DNA of 63,685 nt, filler included, from Craspedostauros australis (taxonomy: Eukaryota), in NCBI GenBank assembly GCA_030167865.1. It is 17 parts of 17 records of this genome, joined end to end, with 100 filler letters (N's around TTAATTAATTAA, not from the genome) between each part and the next. Parts side by side here need not be neighbours in the genome. Positions count along the whole stretch, not along the records: positions 21,626 to 39,042 come from JALAGF010002902.1; positions 39,143 to 51,351 come from JALAGF010002903.1; 15 more parts are not named here. One strand, 5' to 3'. Both the position numbers and the translations under genes were made by a program. Below are positions 35,855 to 47,914 of the stretch, one piece after another. Position 1 is the first letter of the stretch, and the number at the start of each line of letters is the position of its first letter. A model generated the notes under the pieces. It was given only the letters and a program-made list of their open reading frames with translations, was not told the origin of the DNA and searched no databases.

Positions 35855-37444
35855 TCAGAGAGCGACGAGGTCCACCAATGTCGCCCGATCCAGGTATGAA
35901 TCCGCTTGTGTTGTGCCCTCATCCTCATATAACCTTGTGCAACTCCACCATGGACATACGACTGTGCTCATCATCAATACCATCACTCTCCGCTCCCCCA
36001 TTGCAAAACATCTGGATCTCCGTCATCAGTTGGGGTTGTAGAATCAGTTTGCTTAAATCTAGATGAGTGAACATATCTTTCTCACTTTCAGCTGCCATTC
36101 TCATTGCTGCATCCTTCAACACCACACAGTTGTGTTGATCAGCGAATATCAACGCACCTATCATGGTGTCCTTAGTGAGATGCTTGCGGACCAACTCTGC
36201 TTCAAGAACAAGCTTGAGTCGCCAGAAGCCGATCTCGTTGGCCACCAGGATGAGCTGTTGCAGATCGTCCTGTCCATTGAGGGTGGGAGTTGGCTGGTGA
36301 GAGGCATCTGTATCGTGGTGAGCGCTGGTGTGAGCGCTGGTGTGAGCGCCGACGCGAGCAGCAGCGTTGTCACGAACGCTGTCATGAAAGGATATCTTGG
36401 CTGTGTAGATGCATTGGAGGACGTATCGGACGTGTTTTGGTTGAAGGTTGGGAAGAGGGATGGTTGTTTGGATGGGGGCTGCACCGTCGTCAGTGCCATC
36501 ATTCGTGTGGTGATGTTGGATTCCTTTGTCGATCAGTGTCTCAATGGATGGGACAGCGATCATGAGGGCTTCGGTGTTTGTCTTGATTGGTTGTTGTCGG
36601 TTGTCCTGTCCACATACGAAGATGGTGTCTGGCCTGTTCTCGGTTTGGAAGGATCTGAGCTGTCTTCTTCAATGTTGATTTTGGTCCTCTTGTGACTGCT
36701 GTGTTTGTGTTCATTCTCTTGCTTCTTTCGCTTCAACTGCTGTCCCAACTGTTCTTGTGGCTGTTCATTCTCTTGCTCGTTTTGTTGTAAGCGTTGCTGC
36801 AGTTGTTGCAGTTGTGGGTGGACTGAAGGCGAAAGTCCTCTGATGAGGGACTCGATACACTCCAGCATGCTGTTCCGGCATGCATAATGAAGGGGAGTGG
36901 AACCATGGTTGGCGTTGCAGTTGGCATTCGCCCCACATGATTCGATGAGGTACTTCACACATTCCAGGTGGTCGAACATGCATGCCTGATGAAGGGGAGT
37001 GCCACCATCGTTGTTTTTGCAGTTGATGTTCGCCCCGCATGATTCGATGAGGTACTTGATACACTCCAGGCGGCCACGGTCGCATGCCCGATGAAGGGGA
37101 GTGTCACCATCACTGTCTTTGCAGTTGGCATTCGCCCCACATGATTCGATGAGGTACTTCACACACTCCAGCTCGCTGTTGTCGCATGCCACATGAAGGG
37201 GAGTAGAACCAAACCTGGATTTGCAGTTGATGTTCGCCCCACATGATTCGATGAGGTACTTCACACACTCCAGCTGGCCGTTGGAGCATGCCCGATGAAG
37301 GGGAGTGAAACCAAACAGGGTTGTAACCTTGTTGACATCAACTCCTTTCGTCTGTGTAGTGTTCTGCTTCTTCCATTCCTCCAACACCCACAAGTCACCT
37401 TCCTCAGCAGCTTCAAGGAGTTGTCGGTCCGTGACATTCGGCAT
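35855..37444 (-). pseudogene. Ankyrin-repeat / coiled-coil / BTB(-BACK-like) gene, split by frameshifts
   Basis: Five TPLH ankyrin repeats and a Q-rich coil in one frame (stop 36560). BTB-like frame open 36668-35925 (PDTIFVCG..VLQCIYT..LILVANEIGFWRLKLVLE..LIFADQHNCVVLKDAAM). Second shift near 35935. Confidence 0.75.
36850..37310 (-). repeat. 102-bp coding tandem repeat (34-aa ankyrin units)
   Basis: Recurrent catgattcgatgaggtactt and tgaaggggagt at 102-bp spacing. Confidence 0.92.
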
Positions 37445-37915
37445 TTTGAGAGGATGGTCGATGGTTGCTGGACGATTGATGTTGGACGATTGATGTTGGA
37501 TTGGCTGTCGAGGAAGTGCGCAGTCTGAGCAATTATACCTTTGGCAGAGATATGGATGGTGTGTCTTCAATAGCTTGTATTAGTATAATATGAGTACTAT
37601 GCACTGTGTGATGAATGTGAGTGGCAATTCGATGTCTGTTCTTGATGTGCTCGAGTGTGGGGTTGAGTGGTGTGTTGTTGCTGTCTTTCTCTCTTTGCGC
37701 ACAAGCATCGTCGTGTTTGCCTCCTTCTCTTGATCGCACCCCTCTCTCTCTGCAAGGCACGGGAATTCCACTGAAACTGGTGTTCGGATGTTCGTGGTCA
37801 GTCCACGATTCAATCGTGTGTAGGACAATTAACCTTTGGTCGATCTTGTCAATCCCACATCGCTGAATTTCATCTTCACCATTTAATTGACGTTATAAGC
37901 GTTATTCGTCAACGA

Positions 37916-38191
37916 AGCACTTTCAACGTTTGTTCAGTACTTTCAACGTTTGTTGAGTACTTTCAACGTTTGTTCAGTACTTTCAACGTTTGTTGAGTAC
38001 TTTCAACGTTTNNNNNNNNNNNNNNNNNNNNNNNNNNNNNNNNNNNNNNNNNNNNNNNNNNNNNNNNNNNNNNNNAGTACTTTCAACGTTTGTTGAGTAC
38101 TTTCAACGTTTGTTCAGTACTTTCAACGTTTGTTGAGTACTTTCAACGTTTGTTCAGTACTTTCAACGTTTGTTGAGTACTTTCAACGTTT
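37916..38191. repeat. 20-bp tandem array TTTCAACGTTTGTT(C/G)AGTAC with strict C/G alternation (40-bp higher-order unit)
   Basis: 4 full units before and 5 after an N gap (38012-38075), plus partial units. Confidence 0.97.
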
Positions 38192-39142
38192 CCCACCAGA
38201 CACCACAACAACCACAACTCGCAGAGAGTTCGCTTTGGTGGAGAGTCGAGTGCTCGACTGTGCACCACACTCACTTGGGCAAGAAAAGACCGTCACCAAG
38301 ACACCCACACAACAACACAATGGGAAACAAACCAGACTCCGCAAAGACCGTCGAAAGCCATGGACGGCATCGTGCCAACCATTGGTCCATTGCCAAATCC
38401 AAGCATACAAACGCAACCGCCATGGACATTTTGGTGGATGGGCAAGAGGGCGCTATTGGCATGGCTCATTTGCGACAGCGGGAGCGAAAACAGCGAATGG
38501 CGTAAAAAGGTGGCAATTTTGCACGTTGGGCACGGGCTGTGCATTGGCGATACAAGCCATTCCGTCAACCATCGATGGGCAAGACGCATTGAAGAGATCA
38601 AGGTGGAGGCTCCTACAAGGTTTGAGGTTGAAGGAATGCCTGGAAGGGGCCGATGGGGAGGAACGAGTAAAGGGCAATCGGTGTTCAAGGGTTGCTGCAG
38701 CACCCAACACATGGCTTTGCTAGTGTGGTGGTGCATCTGAAAATCCACCACATCGCCAACCCACCCACATAAGGTGTGTTCAACATCAAGTCAGGAATGG
38801 GGTGGAGAAGTGGGGATCAGTTATATTGAGCGGAAGAGGTTGAAATCAAGCAAATGTGGCAGTCGAGTTTTTTGATACGAAGAAAACTGACAAAGGCGCC
38901 AGCGTCGGGGCGGATAAAAATCCGGAGATCCACCTTGAGGCATTTTGGATGCATCAATGTGTACTCAATGAATCATGGGTCGAGGTGTGCTGCATGGGGG
39001 AACAGAGATGGTTGTGAGTGGGAGATATGGTCAGATGAAGCANNNNNNNNNNNNNNNNNNNNNNNNNNNNNNNNNNNNNNNNNNNNTTAATTAATTAANN
39101 NNNNNNNNNNNNNNNNNNNNNNNNNNNNNNNNNNNNNNNNNN

Positions 39143-40162
39143 CTTGTCCTCCCACCCAAAGAGAGGGGCCACGAAGCGAGCACATATGAAAATGACAATG
39201 AACATGAGGAAGAGAGAATTGTAGAGGAACAACTTGCTCTCGTAGTGCTCCAGGGTGCGTTTCATATAGGTTGCGCGGATGGCGCCCCAGATGATCTCCG
39301 ACTGTTCTTCAGTGAAGCCCAGCATCGATGTTCGTTTGGTGTCATCCTCTTTGCCATCAGCGTTGGAAGGTTCATGAAAAGGAACCTCATGGATGCTTGC
39401 CATGCCCCAAGGAGCGTAGCCACCAACGTGGATGGGTGGAGATTCTGTCTCGAACAGTGTCATTGGCAAATGGGCGTCTGTGGCTGGCGGTTCCGGTGGT
39501 GCTGGCGATGCTTGTGACGAGATGGAGCGGATGACGAAGGAACTTTCGTGAAAGGAAGAGTCTACCTTGTGTTGGATGCATTTGATGGAGTATCCGGCAT
39601 CGCGAAAAGGCTGCACGAGCTCCTGCTCCACCACAGCGTTCAAGCATTCATGTTTGGTTCTCATTGCTTCCCACTGTCGAAAAAAACGAACGATGATGAG
39701 AATCAAGAAAGTAAGGTTGAGAACCAGCACGATGATCAAGGCCACCCCTTTGAAGACTTGCCCGAGAAAACCTGCGATGAAGATAGAGAGGATCAGAAAG
39801 CCAGCGATGCCCAATAACCATCGATTGAGGGAATCTGCAGGTGCGTTGTGTGCCTTGAATGCTGATGTGACGTGATAAGCGAGCTTACCCCAAAGGAAAG
39901 CATCGATTTGATCTGGTAGATTGTCCGGGCGTCCTGAAAACTCAAGAGCGAATGTGGTTGTTCTGAATTGGGACGCAGGAACTTTCCACACAGCACCCTC
40001 TGCGAGGTTAGCTCTGCCCATGCCGTCACCTGGAGTGCCTGCAGTACTTGGCGGAGGAGGAGTTCCTTGTTTGCTCATCATGACGTACTCAGGTTCAGGT
40101 TGCTTGGTGACATCGCGATCAGCACTTCCGCTCTCGGGATCGGTCTCCATGTTCGTCGTCAT
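39143..40162 (-). CDS. Hypothetical membrane protein, 3'-truncated at the contig edge
   Basis: Long ORF from MTTNMETDPES, with a TM pair (WLLGIAGFLILSIF / VALIIVLVLNLTFLILII) and a third TM at the edge. Confidence 0.65.
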
Positions 40163-40917
40163 GGTGCTCCTTTTTTTGGTTCCTTTTTGGTTCCTTGCTT
40201 TGATACCTTGCTCGATGATTGACGCTTCTTCGACACTGGTATCACCTTTGAGTTGCCCCTCGCAGCGCAATGGACGAATTTGTGAAATTGTGGGGAATCT
40301 CAGCAGAAACGGCAACATCGTCCTCTTGCACGATGGCGCGTCGCACAGAATTGCCTCCGCGCCATGAAAAACTGAGCGCGTTGCGCTGGAGTCGTGTTCG
40401 ATACATTTGCTGAGTGTGCCACGATTGCAGGGAGGGTCACTGCTATTAATCTAGAGAGAGCAACATAGAAGGAAAGGAAGAAGGGAGGGGGAGGACTGAT
40501 CTGCTGGATGAATGCCCGGCATCGCACTGATGGCGGAGTCTACCAATTGGACGAACGGCAGAACCAACCGCACTGCTACTCGTACCTAGCAACGACACTG
40601 ATCGTGCCTTCAAGCACTCCGTCGAATGCTAATTGAGAAGAGTACTCTGGAGTATAGCATGCTTGGGACAGCATCGATACTGATGTCTATGGGATATAGT
40701 TATCGTATTCTAAGTGTAACAACTCTATTTTAGTGTTGTGTCACGTAGGGAACGGCCCGCCAACGCTTGCCTCTCCTTTATCGCCTGTACGTAGGTATGC
40801 ATTGCGAGTCTCCCCATCCTTTGGTCCGTCTCTGTTGTCTGCTTGTTGCTCCGCTTTGCTTTGCCTTGATTCCACATCATCCGACGTTAAACAGACAAAC
40901 AGCCAAGCATCGCAGGC

Positions 40918-43335
40918 TCAGATTTCGTTCTTGTGCGCCTTTCCAAACCTCGCTTTGGGATTGATCGCTGCAGGAAAGAAGTAGACGATCTCCTTGCCCT
41001 CATCGGACGCGACACTTCCGTTGTCGCTGTCGCTAGCGGTGATCTTCTCGGCGATGCTGCCATGAGACGAATGCAACAAGTTGCTGCCTTTCGATGGCGG
41101 AATACCCTCAGCATCCTCCAAACCACGAATGTCCGCGTCAGCGTTGGCGATGCTGCGGTCGTGGCTGATGTCATTGTTGTTCTCATCACCATCGTCGATG
41201 TTGTCGTTGTTCTCGTCGCCTCCATCAGCGGATGAAGAATCGCTGTCGTGCCGTTCGAACTCAATGACCTTGATTTCGTTGGATAGTCCAGCCGCCAACG
41301 ACAGCGGCGACACATCCTTGGATGCTGCATCAGTGCTTTCCTGCCAATCAGCGATATCAGGCGATGGGACGTCACCCCCCTTGCCCTTGCCTTCCGCAAG
41401 CTCGTCGTCTCCCTCCAGCGTCTTGATAGAGGATTGCAATGCCTTGCGCAGGATGTAACTGGGCGCATCTTTCGATTTGCAAGGGCTGTGAACGATTTCG
41501 GCCTGAATCATGTCGGTGTGTGAGTTGGCGGCGATACCACGAGACGCCTCGTTGAGTTTGTGGTGCCATAGGTTTGCACTGTCGATCGAATGTGATGGCT
41601 GCGTCGATGTCAAGCCTCTACTGTTCTCGCCGTTCTTCGCAACTTCTGGAAGCAGCTTCGATTCATCAAGGATGCGTGACTTCACGATTGGTGATGCTGG
41701 TTGGGATGCCTCAGAAGACTCATCAGTGAATATCCCGCGGCTCATGTGCTGTTCATGATCACCTCCGACAGCAGCAGCAGCAGCAACTTCGATGATGGTG
41801 GCCTTGTCTGCGACGGTCGACGGTGTCCCTCTCTTGTGCATCATCCTCAACGTGTACCCCGGTATGTGATACAGATCGAGCAGGTACATCATGCTGATGA
41901 CACGGAACATCACCGATGTGAAGCTGCTCTGCAACGCCACCTGGAGTGGCAGCGCATGCACCAAAATGTGAAACCCGGCTCCATGAACCCAGTAGGACAC
42001 GGCGAAAGGCAGCCACGTCCTCACATCTCCAGACGTGATGGGTTGATGCCGGACCTTCCTCGTGACTGGGTCATTCCAGGTCACAATCATGTTGGCCTTG
42101 CTGTTTTCCGGAAGTGCGGCCCGCCAGCTCGTTTCATCCTGTTTGGATCGGGTGAATCTGGTGTTGAGGATCAGCACGAAGACGCACGTCAAGATCGTGC
42201 CCAATCCGTACATTCCCCATGACCCGAACTTGTCCACAACTGCGCACGAAGTTGCTTCGCCACGGCAATCGGCGCTGCCAGCGTTGCTGCTATCCAACAC
42301 GTCCACGACCACCACCACGATGAAAACGCACTGAGCGATGAACACCCCGACGGCCATCGGCCATTCGTACTTCGAATCCTTGGGAGAGTGGCTGGACGAA
42401 GTGTTCTTGGTTGTGCTGTGATCGGTGCTGCTGGCGTTGTCATCGGTAACGACAACCGCATCCCTGGTAGGCTCGTGGCCAAACCATCCCAGGAAGAGGC
42501 CGACCATATCACCACATAATACCAAAGCCAGGATGTCGCCAAGCGCCATCCCACGCATCAGCTGCAATGCGCCGAGGTAGAGAAAGCTCTGCGCTGAGAA
42601 CTTGAGGACGGCAAGGACAGGACCGTCGTTGATGGTCACGGCTGAGCGTTCCGACGCATCACGATCGGCGTTGCGCTTCTGTTGAAAGTTGCGGACGGTT
42701 TGGACGATGCCGATCGCGGCCAGCACGCCGCCGATCATGAAGGATACCTGAGGGACGCGTTAGCATGTGTCGTCACGCAAAGTTGAGAGCAGTACGTATG
42801 ATTGTTGGTGAGCTTGATCATGTTGCGTGCTCAGAGAGCCGGTTGTTGGAAGTACAACACACATACATGCGCACATCACAGCACAGCACACAATACAACA
42901 CATGGGCATCCTTACGCGCAGGCAACCGAGGTGGAAGACGCATCAATCTGTGATGCAATGCAACGTGATGCGATGTTGCTGTACTCGTATTGCGCAGCGT
43001 GAATTCCCAACTCAACTCACCCAGTATTCCGGCGCAGGCGCATTGCTAAGCTTGACGACGCTCTCATCGATGGAGTGCTGCACCTCTTGCACTGTCTCCA
43101 CGACGGGCCGAATGATATCGGCAACCATTCCGCTCATGGCTGCTGTATGCACCAATGTGATGAACTGGAAGGATCCAAATGCTTGGCTCTTCGTCTTGAA
43201 CGGTCGATGCTGGCGGCCTTTTTGATTCCGGTGCGGTTGAAAGTCTTCTCGAGAATCAGATCCAGATTCAGCTCGCGACGATTCCAATGATGAAAGCTCT
43301 GTTGTTGGCGGTGTCGTTGACAGTGATGGCCCCAA
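40918..43335 (-). CDS. Hypothetical multi-pass membrane protein with acidic/Ser-rich tail. Intron 43020-42748; 5' end uncertain
   Basis: 606-aa ORF with several TM segments; GTGAGT donor and CAG acceptor join APAPEYW|VSFMIGG in frame. Confidence 0.7.
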
Positions 43336-44164
43336 GCTGTATTCCTCGCCGAATTGTGAGGCTGATCTTCGTCAGTGTCAATTGCAGCAACGTACTCGGG
43401 ATCGATACAGTAGCCAGCGTGCAAACACGAGAAGGGTAGGTACGACACCCTCCTTTCGCTCCCCCTCTTGTCACCACACCTCGAGACAGAAAGAGAAACG
43501 GAGGACGAGGCACCGAGGAAGGAGCAAGGAAAGGAGAGAGACCAAGAACTGTGAATGGGGCAGTGGCCTCGGAAGTGAACAGAGAAAACGCAGCCTCCGC
43601 GCTACCGCGAGGAACGCGGTATTGCTCGGCAGCCCAGCAAACCAACGGTTGTCCTTCTGCTCCAGAAATCGCCATTTGTCGGAATTCGCATCGCGCGTGG
43701 TGACGACGGCTGTCGCCAAACCGTCTGTGTGGGCGCGTTTGTGCACAACTGGCGTTGTGGCGAAAGATCCTTCGCTACTCCGACCAGCCAAAGAACAACA
43801 AAAGAGAACGCAAACCACGATCTGATTGGGCAGTGTTACACCTTTTGTTCTTGTTTGATGCGCGTAGTCACGGACTGTAAAAACAACGTGCCAACACACA
43901 TGACAACGAGACACGACTAGATTTCAGTCACGGGACAGTATTCCATCAAACGACCAAGATCTGGAACATGAGGAGTACCTCGTTCAGCGCGATCGGCTGT
44001 TCTGCGAACTCCTCCACCGACGACTGGTGCTCCTTTCTCACCACCTTGCAGGCAAGAGGATCTTTGCGACGCAACAGCGCGTGCTCGTGGCTCGTACGAG
44101 GCGACAGTTGTCATGTCCATCACTGTTGTCAACCATCATCACCGCCATCGTCACCATCGTTGCC

Positions 44165-44998
44165 ATGAAGTCCATCTCTGTTTCCCTTCTTCCACTCATT
44201 GTCGCGCTGCTGTGCTCGTTCGTCCACGTCGAAGCGGGACGCGCACCAAGCGAAGCGCCGAAGCTTCCAGAAGGGGTGAGTTGCGTTGGCACTCATGGTG
44301 TTTGCCGTACTTTCGCTTCTTCTTCCGTTGTGGTGTCCGCCTATGAGAATCAGTTGCGCGGGAGGTCCTCTCCAACCATGATGCAGTCTCTGATGGAGAG
44401 TTCTGCAATTCGGCACGTTCCTCACCCTTTGTGCAAATCCGTCCGTTCCATCGCTGTGGTATGGAATGATGGGCATTCCATTTCTTCGGCTTGTTGCCTA
44501 TTACTGTACTATTCTATTATTCTGTTATATATTATTGTTTTACTCCATCCCCACCTTCAGTTCTGCCCACCAACCACAGGCGACATCACCGCCACGACCG
44601 GAGGTACGTCCTCGTTGCAATTTCCCTGTTTGCACACTCCGCTGCTACACCAGTCCTCTTGTCGTGTGAATTGATCGGCATGTTCCGAACGGAAGCAAAA
44701 GAATGAATGCGCGCACGAACATGCGCATCATGGTCTGCGCTGATCAACACCTCGTGTGGAGAGGATGGAATGGCGACGTGGGTTGCTTCCCGAAACTCTC
44801 ATCAGCACAACCACGCAACTAAATCAAACCACTCTTCTTGTTTTCAATGTGCCTCATCACCCGTTCCTGTTCCAACAAGAATGCATGTGCCACTGGCAGT
44901 CGCCGCAGGGGTGTGAGGGATCGGGATGCCAGTACCAGATGGGACTGTCGTGGTATCACTACTCGTGCAAAGACTGCAAATGTGTGAAGGAACCATAG
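44165..44998 (+). CDS. Small secreted cysteine-rich protein (90 aa). Exons 44165-44275, 44561-44603, 44880-44998
   Basis: Signal peptide MKSISVSLLPLIVALLCSFVHVEA; GTGAGT and GTACGT donors with phase-consistent acceptors; mature part FCPPTTGDITATTGECMCHWQSPQGCEGSGCQYQMGLSWYHYSCKDCKCVKEP. Confidence 0.72.
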
Positions 44999-45578
44999 CA
45001 CTCGCGGAGTAACGCAGAGTGTGTGGCAGAGAACCGATGCCGTGTCAGTGCATTGGACACAACGGAGCACGAGCCAGAGAGCTCCGCAGTCCTCGACACA
45101 GAGCGGCGATGGCGACGAGAGCGTTGTAGAACAAACCGAACCGCAACCGCAGGAGTTCCAGTCCATGGGTTCCCGTTGCAATCATCGACGAGGAAAGGTA
45201 CGACTATCGGGGACGCTCGAGGGCTAGAAGCGAAGTAATGGACCCCATCGCCTTCGTGGTTGGCATTCTTACACACTGCAGGGAAGAAAGAACGTGAGTC
45301 CTATTTACACATGGTCGCAACCCCGATGGTAGAATGACAAACTGCAACTGATCGACAGGAATTGGGAGAAAGGAGGTGCCTATTGCAGACTTGCTATGCG
45401 CTCTCTATAAATCCTAAAGCATTGGCCGCAACGGAAGCGAGACCAACCACGTCGGTGTTGCTTGTATTCTCGTCGACGATTTGATGCGAATGATGCGCAC
45501 GAACTCCGGTTCCTTTGTACATCGCGGAACAGCGACTCCGCCTTCAACTGTGCTCGATGACGCTCTCTCTCTCTCTCT

Positions 45579-46733
45579 CTAGAAGAAGTTGTCATCGTCC
45601 TCACTACTGTCCTCGCTGGTGTCGTCGTGGAAGTTGTGTACATTGGTGATGTTGTTGTTGCTGTTCGGATGGTGCTGGTTGATGTCGTCACCGGTTGCCG
45701 GAGATTCATCTACCTCCTTCAGCGTCTGCAAACCTTTCCCATGATCCAGCAGAGACTGCAGACTCGACAGCGACTTCATGTGCTCCTCCTCAAAGTCCGC
45801 GAAGTGCCCCCAGCTACCGCCCGACATGGAGGATTCTGCGTTGAGTACCAGCCGTGGCATTGCTGTGTTTGCGTCCGCAGCTGCGAATGATGATGATGGC
45901 GAACACGATGTCTGCATGCGCCTCTCTTTCGTTGGATGTTCATCTCCCTCGCTGAGGTAGGACGGAAGTCCCTTGACGATGAAGCGTTCCATCGTTTTAT
46001 CGTCGAACAGAATCGAAAGCATGAGGCCTGAGCAATGCTCCAGGATGGCCGTGATTCCATCAAACAAGGAGTTGATCGATCTGTTGAGCGTGAGCAGACA
46101 GATCATCGCTTGCATGTGCACCGCGGTCATGTTGCTGATTGCATGATCGAAGCTGGCAGTGGATTCATGTCGCATCGCATTGCTATGGACTGGCACAGGT
46201 TCGCGTCGTCTCGTAGTCATTGCCGTCGTCGTTGTGGATGCTGGCATCGTTTCGATGACGGAGGGCATCGAGGAACTGCGCAGCTCGTGGTACTGTGACT
46301 GACTGTCGAACGCTTCCGTGCTTGATGAGAAGTCGGTCGATGACACTTCCGACAACGATTCCAGCGTTGCCACTGACAGAAGATCGCGACTCGAGCCCTT
46401 CTTGCTCTTCGAAAGCAGTCCACCGCTCTTGGACATGCGACGCACGGTCCGCCGTCTCGAGGTGAAGGTGGTCATGGACTTGGATGTTCCCATGGTTGCT
46501 GCTGCTGCCGCTGTTGCTTCCAGACCTCCGGCTTGGTAAGTGTGGCGTCGCTGGCTTCTTTCATCGCTGGCAGCGGATGAGGAGGAATCAACGGAAGAGA
46601 ATGAGCAGCGGCCTGGCGATGTCGTGAGCTGCCTTGAGGAGTTTCCTTCGTGGCGGTGGCTGCTTTGGCTTTCTCTATTCTCGCGCACGAGAGGAACACC
46701 TTGCGGATTGCTGACGAACCGAGATCTGCTCAT
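45579..46733 (-). CDS. Hypothetical Ser-rich protein (384 aa)
   Basis: ATG-initiated long ORF, low complexity, GGSWGHFADF motif, acidic C-terminus. Confidence 0.6.
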   Translation of the reverse strand: MSRSRFVSNPQGVPLVRENRESQSSHRHEGNSSRQLTTSPGRCSFSSVDSSSSAASDERSQRRHTYQAGGLEATAAAAATMGTSKSMTTFTSRRRTVRRMSKSGGLLSKSKKGSSRDLLSVATLESLSEVSSTDFSSSTEAFDSQSQYHELRSSSMPSVIETMPASTTTTAMTTRRREPVPVHSNAMRHESTASFDHAISNMTAVHMQAMICLLTLNRSINSLFDGITAILEHCSGLMLSILFDDKTMERFIVKGLPSYLSEGDEHPTKERRMQTSCSPSSSFAAADANTAMPRLVLNAESSMSGGSWGHFADFEEEHMKSLSSLQSLLDHGKGLQTLKEVDESPATGDDINQHHPNSNNNITNVHNFHDDTSEDSSEDDDNFF

Positions 46734-47914
46734 GGTGAGTAGATGCTCTGGAGAAGACGAATGAGATTCTGATGATGTTGCGTTTGCGCTGCTGTTGCGT
46801 TTGTATTGATGTTTATGTCGATGGTTGTGTCGATTGTTCTGTGATCCGAACGCGGCTGATTCACTACGGTTTCTTTAGTTTCCTCTGTGTGGTATGTCAG
46901 CTGATGGGCTGATGTGTCAATGTGCAGAGTATTGATGTGCTGATCGGTGGAGAGTTTGATGTGTGTATTTCTTGATGTGTCGGCGTTTTGTGTGTTGTTC
47001 TGCTGATGGCAATCGTATCTGCACACGACAACACGCCACAACGCGACGTAATACGACAGAATCCGTCCTTTCTGTCGTGCTTCTCTTTCGTTTGTTAGAA
47101 TTTGGAGCCATGTTCACAATTGCGGCAGTTTCGCTGGTCGCAGAGTGATGGCAGTGGATTCCTCTGTTGCACTCGAACGCGCATTTCGTGTGCGGGCGTG
47201 GACTGATGCGTGGATGGTTCGGCACACGTCGTCACGTTGCAGCCAACAGCAAAAACAGAACAGTTTCCAACAGGGGATGGGACATCAACTCGGTGGTTAT
47301 TATTCCTGTCGCTTTTTGATGTTGCAGCTTTTCTGGTGGACCACAAAACGTCTCAAGTGCGTCAGTCAATACACAGATAGCGATTGGGTGGGAGTTGGGT
47401 GACGATTGGGCACACGTTGTCCGTGTCATTGATGTGAATTCGCTATGCCTTAAATGAAGGTGTCAAGGTTGCGTTGCGTGGAGTCGAACAGAAGCTAAGG
47501 TTGGGGAACAATTATTTTCATTCGCTGTTGTGTTGACACCTGTCAAGTTGCGTAAGCGTGTCCTTGACTGAATCTGAAACCACGAACACCACGAAATTCC
47601 TCGCCACGTGCGTCAAACACGAACCCCCCCAGTCGTACGTACGTACTACATCACTTCGCTGTGGCATCATGCGGAACCAATCCAGAACTGAGCACGGATC
47701 GAAACTATATGCTCTACTAGTATTACAATCATAGAATAGAATAGCATGCATAGAATAGATTTTGATTAGAATGGAATAGAGTACGAGTATTTTATGGAGT
47801 TGCACCGAGCATATTCATTCTCATAGAAAATGGTGCGAAAGACAAGGATGGAAAGGATCGGAGAACAGACGATCGAAGATGAAGGCGAGACAGACTGCTT
47901 GGCCAACGTGCAAA

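Noticed and set aside
37916..38191. CRISPR array
   Set aside because: No unique spacers, no cas genes, eukaryotic context
38319..39042. Decayed gene or transposase next to the 20-bp array
   Set aside because: All frames are interrupted and no diagnostic motif is identifiable
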